This document shows positions 8,995-18,654 of a DNA stretch of 64,000 nucleotides, one piece after another (position 1 is the stretch's first letter; each line of letters begins with the position of its first letter). The notes beneath the pieces were generated by a model. The model did no database searches. It had not been told where the DNA came from and saw only the letters and a program-made list of their open reading frames with translations. Source of the stretch: an uncultured delta proteobacterium (GTDB lineage Bacteria > Desulfobacterota > Desulfomonilia > UBA1062); the NCBI GenBank assembly GCA_963785235.1, contig CAWAUM010000005.1, positions 64,001 to 128,000 on the forward strand, read 5' to 3'. The translations under genes and the position numbers were made by a program.

Positions 8995-9555
8995 ATGAAG
9001 AAGCAACCCAAGAAAAGGGTGCTTACTAAAGCTGTTAAGGAGCAACACAAGATAAAAAAACCTACTGCAGTTGTGAAGAAGGAATCCACGTTAAAAGAGC
9101 CTACTGCAGCTGTGAGGAAGCAACCCAAGATAAAAAAGCCTGCTACAGCTGTGAAGACGCAACCCAAGTTAAAAGAGCCCACAGCAGTTGTGAAGAAGCA
9201 ACCCAGGTTAAAGAAGCTTACTGCTGCTGTAAAGAGCCAACCCCAGCAGAAGAAGATTTCTCCGGAGGATCTTGGGAAACGATACAAGTGCTATAAGTGC
9301 GGCACCAAGTTTTTTGACCTGGGAAGACCACAACCCCTGTGTCCTTCATGCGGTGAAGACCAGAATAATGAAGAGACAAAGAGGATGCTCAAGCGGAAGA
9401 AGAAACGGCGATCAGCCTACACAGGCAAGACAGACCCTAACATTAGTGTGCCGGAAGAGAGGGATGATGTTATCGAGATTGTAAAAGAAGTCGAGGCTGA
9501 TTATGTTCTAGATATGGATGACATCGTCCTTGAGGAGTATGCAGATACAGAATAA
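8995..9555 (+). CDS. FYDLN-acid (TIGR02300-like) Zn-ribbon protein with basic repeat N-terminus
   Basis: DLGKRYKCYKCGTKFFDLGRPQPLCPSCG plus acidic tail; N-terminal 13-aa Lys-rich repeats. Confidence 0.75.
   Translation: MKKQPKKRVLTKAVKEQHKIKKPTAVVKKESTLKEPTAAVRKQPKIKKPATAVKTQPKLKEPTAVVKKQPRLKKLTAAVKSQPQQKKISPEDLGKRYKCYKCGTKFFDLGRPQPLCPSCGEDQNNEETKRMLKRKKKRRSAYTGKTDPNISVPEERDDVIEIVKEVEADYVLDMDDIVLEEYADTE
8998..9231 (+). repeat. Six ~39-bp in-frame tandem repeats (KKQPKIKKPTAVV-like)
   Basis: KKQPKKRVLTKAV/KEQHKIKKPTAVV/KKESTLKEPTAAV/RKQPKIKKPATAV/KTQPKLKEPTAVV/KKQPRLKKLTAAV. Confidence 0.85.
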
Positions 9556-9695
9556 AATTGAGATTGAAGGTAAGGCGAACTTCTAAATAAAACTATAGTT
9601 TCAGACCCTGGTTCAATTTTTTAGTGGGTAGGGTGCAGTGATATCGTTTGTATTCAGCAAACGCTTGGCCCTTATTGCCATATGACTCCTTTGCA

Positions 9696-10361
9696 TTATC
9701 GAAATGTCAGAATCGGCCAATTATTTTCTAATGCCGCCTTTCTGAGCTTGCTGGTTGGCTCCACGGCATGGGCGTGGCCTACGAGTTCAAGCAATGGGAT
9801 GTCAGATTGGTGGTTGCCATAGGCAAATGAGGAGGAAAGGTCCATATCAAGATCATATGCCAATTTATTTGCAAGTTCTCTTTTTCGGTTGTCTGTGCAG
9901 ATTGGACCTAAGGTCCTGCCTGTGAGGATGCCGTCAGGCCCGACTTCCAGATCAGTGCAGATGAGATGGTGAAACCCCAGATCTCTGGCCACCGGCTTAA
10001 GCAGATACCTGAGTCCTGCTGAGATGAGGACCAGGATATGCCCTTTTATTTTATGATCCATGACACGTGCAGTTATATTCGGGGCCAGATGAGGCTTGAT
10101 TACCTGCTCATAGTAGTCTTGCGATCCAGCATCAAACGGTTGAAAAGGCTTGTTACGATAAAAGCTGATGAGGACTCGTGCCATGGCCTCATCCGATACG
10201 AGATGTCTCTGATAGAATACATTGGCTGCCATGACCTTGAGGATATAAGACGCTGAGATGAGCCTGCGCTCCCACAGGTAGCGGATGCCCAGCCTGGGGC
10301 TGTCCACTGTGATGAGTGTCTTGTCAAAGTCAAAGAATGCGCCGATGCGGGGTGGACCCAT
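9696..10361 (-). CDS. HAD-IB family phosphatase (SerB-like)
   Basis: FFDFDKTL motif I, ISAG motif II, YGNHQSDIPLL motif IV. Confidence 0.85.
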   Translation of the reverse strand: MGPPRIGAFFDFDKTLITVDSPRLGIRYLWERRLISASYILKVMAANVFYQRHLVSDEAMARVLISFYRNKPFQPFDAGSQDYYEQVIKPHLAPNITARVMDHKIKGHILVLISAGLRYLLKPVARDLGFHHLICTDLEVGPDGILTGRTLGPICTDNRKRELANKLAYDLDMDLSSSFAYGNHQSDIPLLELVGHAHAVEPTSKLRKAALENNWPILTFR

Positions 10362-10629
10362 GAACTCCTCCTCAAGGACCTATAGCCCTTTGAATAAACA
10401 ATGATCTGCCCATATGCAACAATGAAGTAACCTCCTTTGCCTTATGGTAATCTGTTTAGGCTGAAGATGTGAAAGAAAAGTAAAACCGGTAACATAACTG
10501 TATCTCAAGCTATCAATATGGTACTGGATTTCCATGATGAGATGAACTATATGTAAGTTAGTGGAATTTCAGATGGGTATCATCGTCTTTCGTGTCTGCA
10601 ACAAAAATACATAAGCGAGAGGTATTTCC

Positions 10630-11646
10630 ATGAAGAAATTTCTTGCAGTTGCGGCTGTACTGGTTGTTTTCTCGGCTCTTTCGGTTCCTTGTTCGGCAGA
10701 AGACAAGGTCTACAAAGTCGAAGTCCTCCAGGTGGCCAAGATCGAGGCATTCGATAAGTCATACAATGAATTTCTCGAAACACTCAAGAATGGAGGTATC
10801 GTTAAGGGAAAGAACCTCACCATTCACCGTGTCATTATAGACTACAACATCGAAGGCGGGGGTTTTATGGACAAGGCCGGGCTTTACCTGAAGCTCAGGA
10901 GTGAGGCATCCCGCATTGCCGAGGCAAAGCCTGATCTTGCCGTGACAATCGGCACCCCTGCAACCAAATATTCCAGGGACAAGATCACGTCTGCCGGCAT
11001 CCCTCTGGTCTTTGTGGCAGTGGCCATTCCCCAGGCCGCAGGGTGCAAGTCGCTCACTGATGGAGGCCCGGGGGTTACAGGGGCCACATTGTATATGGAC
11101 ATGAAGAACGCCCTGAAGATCGTGAAGGCTGCATTCCCTACGATCAAGACCATCGGTATGGTGAGCAGCGAGGATGAAAACGGCATTGCCCACATACAGG
11201 AGGCCAAGAAGAATGCCCCGGCATTCGGCATGACCGTGATCTCCAAAGAGGTTGCAAAAAAAGACAGCATTATTCCGGCTCTGAAGGCCCTCAAAGAGCA
11301 GGGAGCAGAGGCTTATGCCATCCCGCTCGACACCTACTACGGCATCAAGAACTATCAGAATGTTAATGACCTCAACGATTACTGCAGGCAGAATAAGATT
11401 CCCATCATCAGCTTTGTCTTTGAACACACGAAAGGGGCACTGCTGTCTGTTGGTACCGACTTTGAGACCGTTGGTGCACTTGGCGGACAGAATGCCCTGA
11501 AGATTCTGAAGGAGGGGAAGAAGCCTGAACAGCTCCCCGTACTCAAACAGGAAGACCTCAAGATCATGGTCGATACGGAACGCATGAAGGCACTGGAAAT
11601 CCAGATCCCCATGGCTATACTCCAGCTTGCAAAACCCGCCAAGTAG
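10630..11646 (+). CDS. ABC transporter substrate-binding protein (ABC_sub_bind/YtfQ-TrpX-like), no adjacent permease
   Basis: Signal peptide; AVTIGTPAT, IPLVFVAV, VTGAT, KKPEQLPV patterns. Confidence 0.75.
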   Translation: MKKFLAVAAVLVVFSALSVPCSAEDKVYKVEVLQVAKIEAFDKSYNEFLETLKNGGIVKGKNLTIHRVIIDYNIEGGGFMDKAGLYLKLRSEASRIAEAKPDLAVTIGTPATKYSRDKITSAGIPLVFVAVAIPQAAGCKSLTDGGPGVTGATLYMDMKNALKIVKAAFPTIKTIGMVSSEDENGIAHIQEAKKNAPAFGMTVISKEVAKKDSIIPALKALKEQGAEAYAIPLDTYYGIKNYQNVNDLNDYCRQNKIPIISFVFEHTKGALLSVGTDFETVGALGGQNALKILKEGKKPEQLPVLKQEDLKIMVDTERMKALEIQIPMAILQLAKPAK

Positions 11647-11705
11647 GGAACGCTCGCGGCGGTTACTTCCTTCACATCTGATTGCTGATTAGTTCGTCTT
11701 ATCAT

Positions 11706-11746
11706 AGGTCCCCGGCACAGAGTCCGGGGACCTTCTCCCTTTTTTT
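11706..11746 (+). terminator. Probable terminator
   Basis: aggtccccgg...ccggggacct hairpin followed by a T-run. Confidence 0.6.
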
Positions 11747-11877
11747 GAATAATCCTGTCTCCGGCCTTTCACTATGGCCTTCGTTGAAATGCACGAAATG
11801 CCTGATAAATAGATGCATTTCTAATTTAATTAATAATGATAGCATATTTTACCGAAAAGGTCAGTGGAGGGCATGTC

Positions 11878-12078
11878 ATGGGCACAGAAAGATCCTCTTA
11901 CAGGATGCTTGGCGGGCTTTCAAAAGGTTTATCCCGAATCATCATCATACTTCGAACAAGAAAGATCTACGGATATAACTCGGTCTTTGAGAGGATCTTT
12001 CGATGCCTTTTTAACACAAGAAGGAATAAAAATCAGTCCGACAGAATCAAGAGGCGCATAGAGATAGAACGCGTCTAG
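11878..12078 (+). CDS. Small conserved peptide (66 aa), copy 1, RTRKIYGYNS motif
   Basis: GGAGG RBS before ATG 11878. 17/23 aa identical to 34759..34947 core, with mostly synonymous codon differences. Confidence 0.7.
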   Translation: MGTERSSYRMLGGLSKGLSRIIIILRTRKIYGYNSVFERIFRCLFNTRRNKNQSDRIKRRIEIERV

Positions 12079-12110
12079 GGGATTACACCCTTTACCACTC
12101 GGATGAAGAG

Positions 12111-13589
12111 ATGGAGCAGATGAGAATGAATACAGGCTGGATGCGCAATCTGGCGTTTCATTATGAAGCAGTGAGGTCGGCATATCCTAATGAGGCGCTC
12201 ATGATCGTCTTCGATATTGACGGCACAATCGTTGATTTGCGCTATATGATACTGTCTGTGTTCAAGGCATATGACCGTGAGAATGGAACACAATATTTCA
12301 ACAACATTCATAGTGATGATATCGCTACACCCTCGTATGACCTTGCGGCCATCCTGCGGGATTTCGCCATACCTGCAGCTATACGGGGTGATATCGCCGG
12401 ATGGTGCAGCGCCAATTTCTGGTCAAAGGCTGCCATTTTAGATTCCCACAAATCCTTCCATGGCGTTCTGGATGTCATCAGGTGGTTTCAGTTACAGCCC
12501 AATACCTATGTAGGCCTGAACACTTCCCGGCCTGAGATGCTTCGCAGCGATACCTTGAGGATCCTCAATACCCTTGGTGAAGAATATCACGTGAAGTTCG
12601 ATGACAAGCTCCTTTTCATGAACAGGGGGGTTCATGTCACACAGGGGAAGAAAAATGGAATCAGACGATTCAAGGATATGGGCTTCCGTATCGTGGCAGT
12701 CATAGATGATGAGAGAGAGAACATCGAATTCATTGAACAGCTTGATCCTGCAGGAGAGATGCTCCTGCTCCATTCCGATGTAATCCTGGATTCATTTCCA
12801 GTGCGAAAAGGCCGTTCGGCCTTACAGGGGAAATTCTTCGACCTGACTGAGCTCATCAGCAAACAGAATCTTCCCCGGCACATGGAATTTGTCTGGCATG
12901 GCGTGGACGATGAGTCTATTCTGCGGCAGTTTCTTGTCTCCTCCGTCCAATGGGCAGAGCTTCATGTACGTAAAGAGAGAAACACTGAAAACCTGATCCT
13001 GCGGAGAAAGCCTTATGCTGAGATGCCACCTTTCCCAGGTGAGAATCCGGTGCGGTTGGATGATTTTCTCTATATCCTGGGTGATGCGGCCAGGGGAGTG
13101 AAGCTTGACCTCAAGGACCCAGGATTGACAGACAGGGTAATCGAGTTACTCAAGGCTTCAGGCTTCACTGATGAAAGGATCTGGTTCACCATCAACATGG
13201 AAGAAATGCGCCGGGGTGGATTGCAGCTCATTGTCAATACCTTTCCAAAGTCCATCAAGCAGTGCCCCGTGGACAGCCTTTACCAGATAATGGTCGCATC
13301 GCCCCAGGAGTCAAAAAAATATCTCGGTATGCTTTCACAGAGCGGGATTGACCGATTTTCTGTCAACTGGAACACGTACGGAAGCAGAAGGATGATCACC
13401 CAGCTTCAGAACTGGGGATTCGATGTCAATATCTATAATGTTCCTGACCTTGAGGCGTTCCTCTCTGCAGCGCTCTTATTGCCCAAATCCATTACCTCAT
13501 TCTTCAATTTTCCCAAGTGGTTCTATACAGGAAGGGTTGATGAAGTGGATCAGCCCGCTTGGACAGGCATGCAGCGCGTTGTAATCTGA
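12111..13589 (+). CDS. HAD-family phosphatase fused to degenerate GDPD-like TIM barrel, copy 1
   Basis: FDIDGT, NTSR and IDDE HAD motifs; C-terminal WHGVDD/WAELHVR/GVKLDLK/VNIYNV; full-length paralog of 33238..34710. Confidence 0.7.
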   Translation: MEQMRMNTGWMRNLAFHYEAVRSAYPNEALMIVFDIDGTIVDLRYMILSVFKAYDRENGTQYFNNIHSDDIATPSYDLAAILRDFAIPAAIRGDIAGWCSANFWSKAAILDSHKSFHGVLDVIRWFQLQPNTYVGLNTSRPEMLRSDTLRILNTLGEEYHVKFDDKLLFMNRGVHVTQGKKNGIRRFKDMGFRIVAVIDDERENIEFIEQLDPAGEMLLLHSDVILDSFPVRKGRSALQGKFFDLTELISKQNLPRHMEFVWHGVDDESILRQFLVSSVQWAELHVRKERNTENLILRRKPYAEMPPFPGENPVRLDDFLYILGDAARGVKLDLKDPGLTDRVIELLKASGFTDERIWFTINMEEMRRGGLQLIVNTFPKSIKQCPVDSLYQIMVASPQESKKYLGMLSQSGIDRFSVNWNTYGSRRMITQLQNWGFDVNIYNVPDLEAFLSAALLLPKSITSFFNFPKWFYTGRVDEVDQPAWTGMQRVVI

Positions 13590-13855
13590 TGGCATAAAGC
13601 ACGTAAAAAAATGAGCCTCATATCTTTGAGGACTGAGTTGATGAACCTTAGGTCACACTGGATTCTCAATATCTCCATTGCACGTAGTTCTCATTCTTGT
13701 CGATAAGTTGCCTGTAAAAATCAGTTTACTATTGTAGTATCGGTAGGCAGACAAAAATGTTGTTTGAGAAGTAGAATATCATTGCCAAATATGCCCTTTT
13801 GGTATAGACAAACATCAACTTTTGAACGACCATCTTAAGACGGAGGGCTGCATGG

Positions 13856-14941
13856 ATGGCGAAGCCGCCCATTGTCCGCTTGCAGGGGGTAACTAAGCGA
13901 TTTGACGACGTACTCGCCGTCGATTCGTTAGATCTGGATATCTATCAAGGGGAGTTCCTTACGCTCCTTGGTCCGTCAGGCTGTGGCAAAACCACAGTAC
14001 TTCGGCTCATCGCCGGTTTAGAGACACTCACTTCGGGAATGATCTCCATGAACGGCTCCCGCCTTGACAACACACCGCCCAACAAGCGCAATGTCAATAC
14101 CGTGTTCCAGAGCTATGCCCTTTTCCCCCACATGAGTATTTTTGACAATATCGCCTTTGGCCTGCGCATGAAGAAGTTTGATAAGCAAGCCACCCATCTC
14201 CAGGTTATGGAGGCCCTTGACATCGTCAAGATGACCGGTCTTGAGATGCGCATGCCGCACCAGCTGTCCGGCGGGCAGCAGCAGCGTGTCGCCATGGCCC
14301 GTGCAATTGTAAACAAGCCTTTAGTGCTCCTGTTGGATGAGCCCTTGAGCGCCCTGGATTATCGCCTGCGCCAGGAAATGGAGATCGAACTCAAGCGTGT
14401 TCACCGCCAGCTCGGCATCACCTTCGTGTTCGTCACCCACGATCAGGAAGAGGCCATAAGCATGTCCGACCGCATTGCGGTCATGAATGAGGGCAGGATA
14501 GAGCAGATCGGCACCCCCATCCAGATATACGAGGAACCCCAGAATATGTTCGTGGCCAAATTCGTTGGTGAGATCAATGTCTTTGAAGGCCAGGTTACCA
14601 CGGTGAACAACGGCAGTGCCCAGGTTGCAATCCACGGCCGGACTTTCCCGGTTCAGAACCGGAAAAATTCAACTGTGGGGCAGGGGGTGAAGGTACTGCT
14701 CCGGCCCGAGGACATCCAGGTTACCATTGATGAGGAGTGGACCAACGATGGGCCGTCCATGACTGGCAGTGTCGAAGAGGTTATATACAAGGGAAAGACC
14801 GTTGATCTGATCATTAAACTCGATGAGGGCGAGACAATCTTCGTTACCCAGTTCTTCAACGAAGACCAGGAGGAGCTTGTCTATCGAGAAGGTGAGCGGG
14901 TCCATGTGAGCTGGCTCTACGGCTGGGAAGTCGTGCTCTAG
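13856..14941 (+). CDS. potA: Spermidine/putrescine ABC ATPase
   Basis: [35 protein letters not shown]; TOBE C-terminus. Confidence 0.92.
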   Translation: MAKPPIVRLQGVTKRFDDVLAVDSLDLDIYQGEFLTLLGPSGCGKTTVLRLIAGLETLTSGMISMNGSRLDNTPPNKRNVNTVFQSYALFPHMSIFDNIAFGLRMKKFDKQATHLQVMEALDIVKMTGLEMRMPHQLSGGQQQRVAMARAIVNKPLVLLLDEPLSALDYRLRQEMEIELKRVHRQLGITFVFVTHDQEEAISMSDRIAVMNEGRIEQIGTPIQIYEEPQNMFVAKFVGEINVFEGQVTTVNNGSAQVAIHGRTFPVQNRKNSTVGQGVKVLLRPEDIQVTIDEEWTNDGPSMTGSVEEVIYKGKTVDLIIKLDEGETIFVTQFFNEDQEELVYREGERVHVSWLYGWEVVL

Positions 14942-14943
14942 CC

Positions 14944-15807
14944 ATGCAGACCCAGAGCCGGTTCAGATACTTTGCCATCGGCTCAACCATGCTCTGGATC
15001 ACTACTTTTGTCGTTGTCCCTTATCTGTTCGTTCTCCTGTTCAGCTTCTTTACGCCCGACCCTGACAGGTTGATCGTCTGGGGCTTCACGCTCATCAATT
15101 ACCGCGATATATTCTCACCGGTATTCCTGGTTGTATGCTGGTATTCCCTGCTGCTGGCGCTTGGCACCACGGTTATTACCCTGTTTACGGCCTATCCCTT
15201 TGCCTTCTTTCTGGCTCGCCTACCCAGAGGAGTTCAGCGGATATTGCTGCTGCTCATGATCATACCCTTCTGGACCTCGTCATTGATACGTACGTATGCA
15301 CTTATCATCCTGTTCAAGGCCAATGGCATCATTAACACACTGCTCCTGTACCTTGGTCTTATCCATGAACCGATCATGATGCTCTACACCCAGAGCGCCG
15401 TGTTTATCGGGCTTGTCTACACCCTGCTGCCCTTCATGGTCCTGCCGATCTTCTCATCCATCCAGAAGCTTGACTGGAGGCTCATCGAGGCAGCCAGGGA
15501 CCTGGGCGCCACTTCAAAAAACATCTTCTTCCACATTATCCTGCCGCTGACCCTGCCCGGCATTGTTGCAGGCAGCACCATGGTGTTCCTGCCGGCGCTG
15601 GGGCTGTTCTACATCCCGGACCTCCTGGGCGGGGCAAGGGTTATGCTTATCGGCAACTTCATCAAGAATCAGTTCCTTGTTTCGGGCAACTGGCCGTTGG
15701 GCTCTGCCGCCAGTGTAATCCTTACCTTCTTCATGTGCCTGTTCCTGTATGTATACTTCCTGAGCTCCCGCAGGGCACACACCGAAGGCATGGGTGGCAT
15801 GGCATGA
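14944..15807 (+). CDS. potB: Spermidine/putrescine ABC permease
   Basis: IPFWTSSLIRTYA, EAARDLGA loop. Confidence 0.9.
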   Translation: MQTQSRFRYFAIGSTMLWITTFVVVPYLFVLLFSFFTPDPDRLIVWGFTLINYRDIFSPVFLVVCWYSLLLALGTTVITLFTAYPFAFFLARLPRGVQRILLLLMIIPFWTSSLIRTYALIILFKANGIINTLLLYLGLIHEPIMMLYTQSAVFIGLVYTLLPFMVLPIFSSIQKLDWRLIEAARDLGATSKNIFFHIILPLTLPGIVAGSTMVFLPALGLFYIPDLLGGARVMLIGNFIKNQFLVSGNWPLGSAASVILTFFMCLFLYVYFLSSRRAHTEGMGGMA

Positions 15808-16571
15808 AAAGGGCGCTTCGGAACATCTATCTCACAAGCGTCTACCTGTTCCTCTACGTCCCCATTCTTATCCTGATTATCTATTCCTTTAATGATTCGA
15901 AATATTCCACCAACTGGCAGGGGTTCACCCTGAAATGGTACACTCAGCTCTTCACGGATTCGCCGTTGAAGGATGCCCTTGTAAACTCCATAATCATAGC
16001 ACTTTCCTCCAGCGTGATCGCAACCATCCTGGGTACTCTTGGCGCCTTGGCCTTCTACCGCTACCGGTTTATCGGCCGGAAGGTCCTGTATACCTTTATC
16101 TACATCGTCATGATGAGCCCTGACATCGTCATGGGTATCTCGCTGCTCATGTTTTTCATCACCATCGGCATGGCCACCGGCCCCTTCACACTGCTGCTTG
16201 CACATATAACCTTCTGCCTGCCGTTCGTTATTGTTACGGTCTATTCCCGTATCAGCGGCTTCGACCGCAACATCATCGACGTGGCAAAAGACCTGGGTGC
16301 CAGCGAACTCCAGATGTTCAGGCACATCATGCTGCCTCTTCTCATGCCCGCCATCATCGCGGGCTGGCTTTTAAGCTTCACCCTGTCGCTCGATGACGTG
16401 GTGGTGAGCTTTTTCACCACAGGGCCGTCCTTTGAGATCCTGCCGCTGAAGATCTATTCCATGGTAAGGCTCGGGATCAAACCGGAGATCAATGCGCTCT
16501 CTGCGATAATGGTACTTCTTTCTCTGGTCACGGTTACCGTTGCACATCTCGTTACAAAGGAGAATCGATAG
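15804..16571 (+). CDS. potC: Spermidine/putrescine ABC permease
   Basis: FLYVPILILIIYSFN, FTLSLDDVVVSFF; ATGA overlap with potB. Confidence 0.9.
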   Translation: MKRALRNIYLTSVYLFLYVPILILIIYSFNDSKYSTNWQGFTLKWYTQLFTDSPLKDALVNSIIIALSSSVIATILGTLGALAFYRYRFIGRKVLYTFIYIVMMSPDIVMGISLLMFFITIGMATGPFTLLLAHITFCLPFVIVTVYSRISGFDRNIIDVAKDLGASELQMFRHIMLPLLMPAIIAGWLLSFTLSLDDVVVSFFTTGPSFEILPLKIYSMVRLGIKPEINALSAIMVLLSLVTVTVAHLVTKENR

Positions 16572-17600
16572 ATGAAAAAATTGTTTGCCATAGTTATGTT
16601 CATGCTCCTGCCTGCCCTTGTCTTTGGTGCAAAGCAGGAGGTCTATGTGTTCAACTGGACCGATTACATCGACCCTGCGGTGATCAAACAGTTTGAAGCC
16701 AAGACAGGGATCAAGGTGCGCTATTCAACCTACGAAAGCAACGAGGCCATGTTCGCCAAACTGAAGATTGTGCAGAAGGCAGGATACGACGTTGCCTTCC
16801 CCTCCACTTATTTTGTGGAGCGTATGCGCCGTCAGAATATGCTTACCGTGCTGGACAAATCCAAGATACCGAATTTCAGGAATATCAATCCCGAGGTCCT
16901 CAACAAGGCCTATGACCCGAACAACACCTGCAGCGTACCTTACATGTGGGGGTCATCCGCCATCGGTGTCAACAGCAAGGTTATTGATCCCAAGACCATC
17001 ACAAGCTGGAACGACCTGTGGAACCCCAAGTACAAGGGCAAGGTGCTGCTCATGGACGACGTCCGGGAGGTGTTTGCCATGTCACTCAGGTCATTGGGAT
17101 ATTCAGGAAACGACCGGGATCCGAACCATATCAAGAAGGCCTATGAAAAGCTCAGACTTTTAAAGCCCAGTGTGAAGGTATTCAACTCCGACTCCCCGCG
17201 CCAGCCTTTCCTGAACAACGAGGTGACCATCGGCCAGATCTGGGGCGGAGAGGTATACCAGGCAAACAAGGAGAACCCGGATATCAAGCTCGTCTACCCC
17301 AAGGAAGGTGCCATCATGTGGGCGGACAACATGGTCATTCCCAAGTCCGCCCGCAACCTGGATGCCGCCTACAAGTTCATAGACTTCATGTGCAGTCCTG
17401 AGATCGCCAAGAAAAATTGCGAGTTCATCGGATATGCAACGGCCAACCTCAAGGCGCAGCAGATGCTTGACCCCAAGACCCGCAACAACAAGGCAGCCTA
17501 CCCGGACGAGGCAGAGGTGAAGAAGGGGGAGTTCCAGGCCGATGTAGGTGATGCCATCATGACATACGAGAAGTACTGGGAGATGCTCAAGACACAATAG
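16572..17600 (+). CDS. potD: Spermidine/putrescine-binding protein
   Basis: FNWTDYI, YESNEAM, PYMWG, PKEGAIMWAD motifs. Confidence 0.9.
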   Translation: MKKLFAIVMFMLLPALVFGAKQEVYVFNWTDYIDPAVIKQFEAKTGIKVRYSTYESNEAMFAKLKIVQKAGYDVAFPSTYFVERMRRQNMLTVLDKSKIPNFRNINPEVLNKAYDPNNTCSVPYMWGSSAIGVNSKVIDPKTITSWNDLWNPKYKGKVLLMDDVREVFAMSLRSLGYSGNDRDPNHIKKAYEKLRLLKPSVKVFNSDSPRQPFLNNEVTIGQIWGGEVYQANKENPDIKLVYPKEGAIMWADNMVIPKSARNLDAAYKFIDFMCSPEIAKKNCEFIGYATANLKAQQMLDPKTRNNKAAYPDEAEVKKGEFQADVGDAIMTYEKYWEMLKTQ

Positions 17601-17618
17601 AGTCAGGGGAAAACATCT

Positions 17619-18062
17619 ATGGAATCAGCAAAGACCGGTGACAAGGTCAGGGTTAACTATACCGGAAGATCGGAAGATGGACAGGTCTTTGAGTCTTCTG
17701 TGGGAATGGTTCCCTTTACCTTCACAATCGGCGCCGGGGAAGTGGTTAAAGGGTTTGAGGATGCCATTGTCGGCATGCAGCCCGGTGAGCGGAAAAAGAT
17801 AACCGTAGAGCCGGAGGACGGCTTTGGCATGTACGATGAAGATCTTGTCTTAGAAGTCCCCAAGTCAGGCCTGCCTTCGGATCTCCAACTTCAGATAGGT
17901 ATAGATTTCGAGATGGAAGACGACGAAGGCAATGTTCTGCCTGCTGTGGTCATTGAGATATTGGATGATTTCATCCTCATTGATGCAAATGCCCCCCTTG
18001 CCGGGAAAAGGGTGATCTATGACATTGAGCTTATTGATATTCTCAAGCGCAGGGGCCCATAA
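17619..18062 (+). CDS. FKBP-type peptidyl-prolyl isomerase (SlyD-like, no His tail)
   Basis: GDKVRVNYTG, GFEDAIVGM, DANAPLAGK. Confidence 0.88.
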   Translation: MESAKTGDKVRVNYTGRSEDGQVFESSVGMVPFTFTIGAGEVVKGFEDAIVGMQPGERKKITVEPEDGFGMYDEDLVLEVPKSGLPSDLQLQIGIDFEMEDDEGNVLPAVVIEILDDFILIDANAPLAGKRVIYDIELIDILKRRGP

Positions 18063-18138
18063 GGAGGAAGTAATAGGGCAGACTTGTTAATTCATCTTCT
18101 CCCAAAGAGCTTCCATAGTGCCAGCCCGGCGCTTTTGT

Positions 18139-18576
18139 CTATCGCTTAACCACCAATACCGGGTGTTTCGACTTTCTCACAACCTTTTCAGAAACCGAGC
18201 CCAGCAGTATCTCCTCGAGGTTGCTTTTCCCATGGGAGCCGACAACGATCACCGATGGATTTTCCTCTTCCGCAACCTTAAGCACCACCCGCAAAGGCAC
18301 ACCCTTTTCAATCCGCTTATTCACATTGAAACCAAGCTGTTTCAACTCGTTCACTACTAACGCAATCTCTTCTGACGAACGTTTTTCAATCTCTTTCTCA
18401 ATGCTGATAAAGTCCTGGATTGTGCTGTAAGAGCTTAAGAGTTCAAGGTTAGACTGGTCAATGACGTGCAGTACGGTTACCTCCACACCGCCAGCCTCCT
18501 TCAGGCGCTTCACGTACTGCAGGGCCTTTGTCGCCACATCAGAAAAATCCGTGGGGAAGAGGATCTTTTTAAACAT
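18139..18576 (-). CDS. Universal stress protein
   Basis: MFKKILFPTDFS...GSHG...LGSVSEKVVR. Confidence 0.92.
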   Translation of the reverse strand: MFKKILFPTDFSDVATKALQYVKRLKEAGGVEVTVLHVIDQSNLELLSSYSTIQDFISIEKEIEKRSSEEIALVVNELKQLGFNVNKRIEKGVPLRVVLKVAEEENPSVIVVGSHGKSNLEEILLGSVSEKVVRKSKHPVLVVKR

Positions 18577-18654
18577 CTGTAGCCTCCTTAATCTTACGGT
18601 AAATTTTAAGAGCTGTTGTGCAAATGTCAATAAGTCTTGCTTATTTATCAATAC

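Noticed and set aside
8518-9048. Long antisense and alternative-frame ORFs (e.g. 8518..9048, 27008..27793, 48087..48722, 50617..51264)
   Set aside because: They are shadows of well-supported genes on the opposite strand, with no motifs or RBS of their own.
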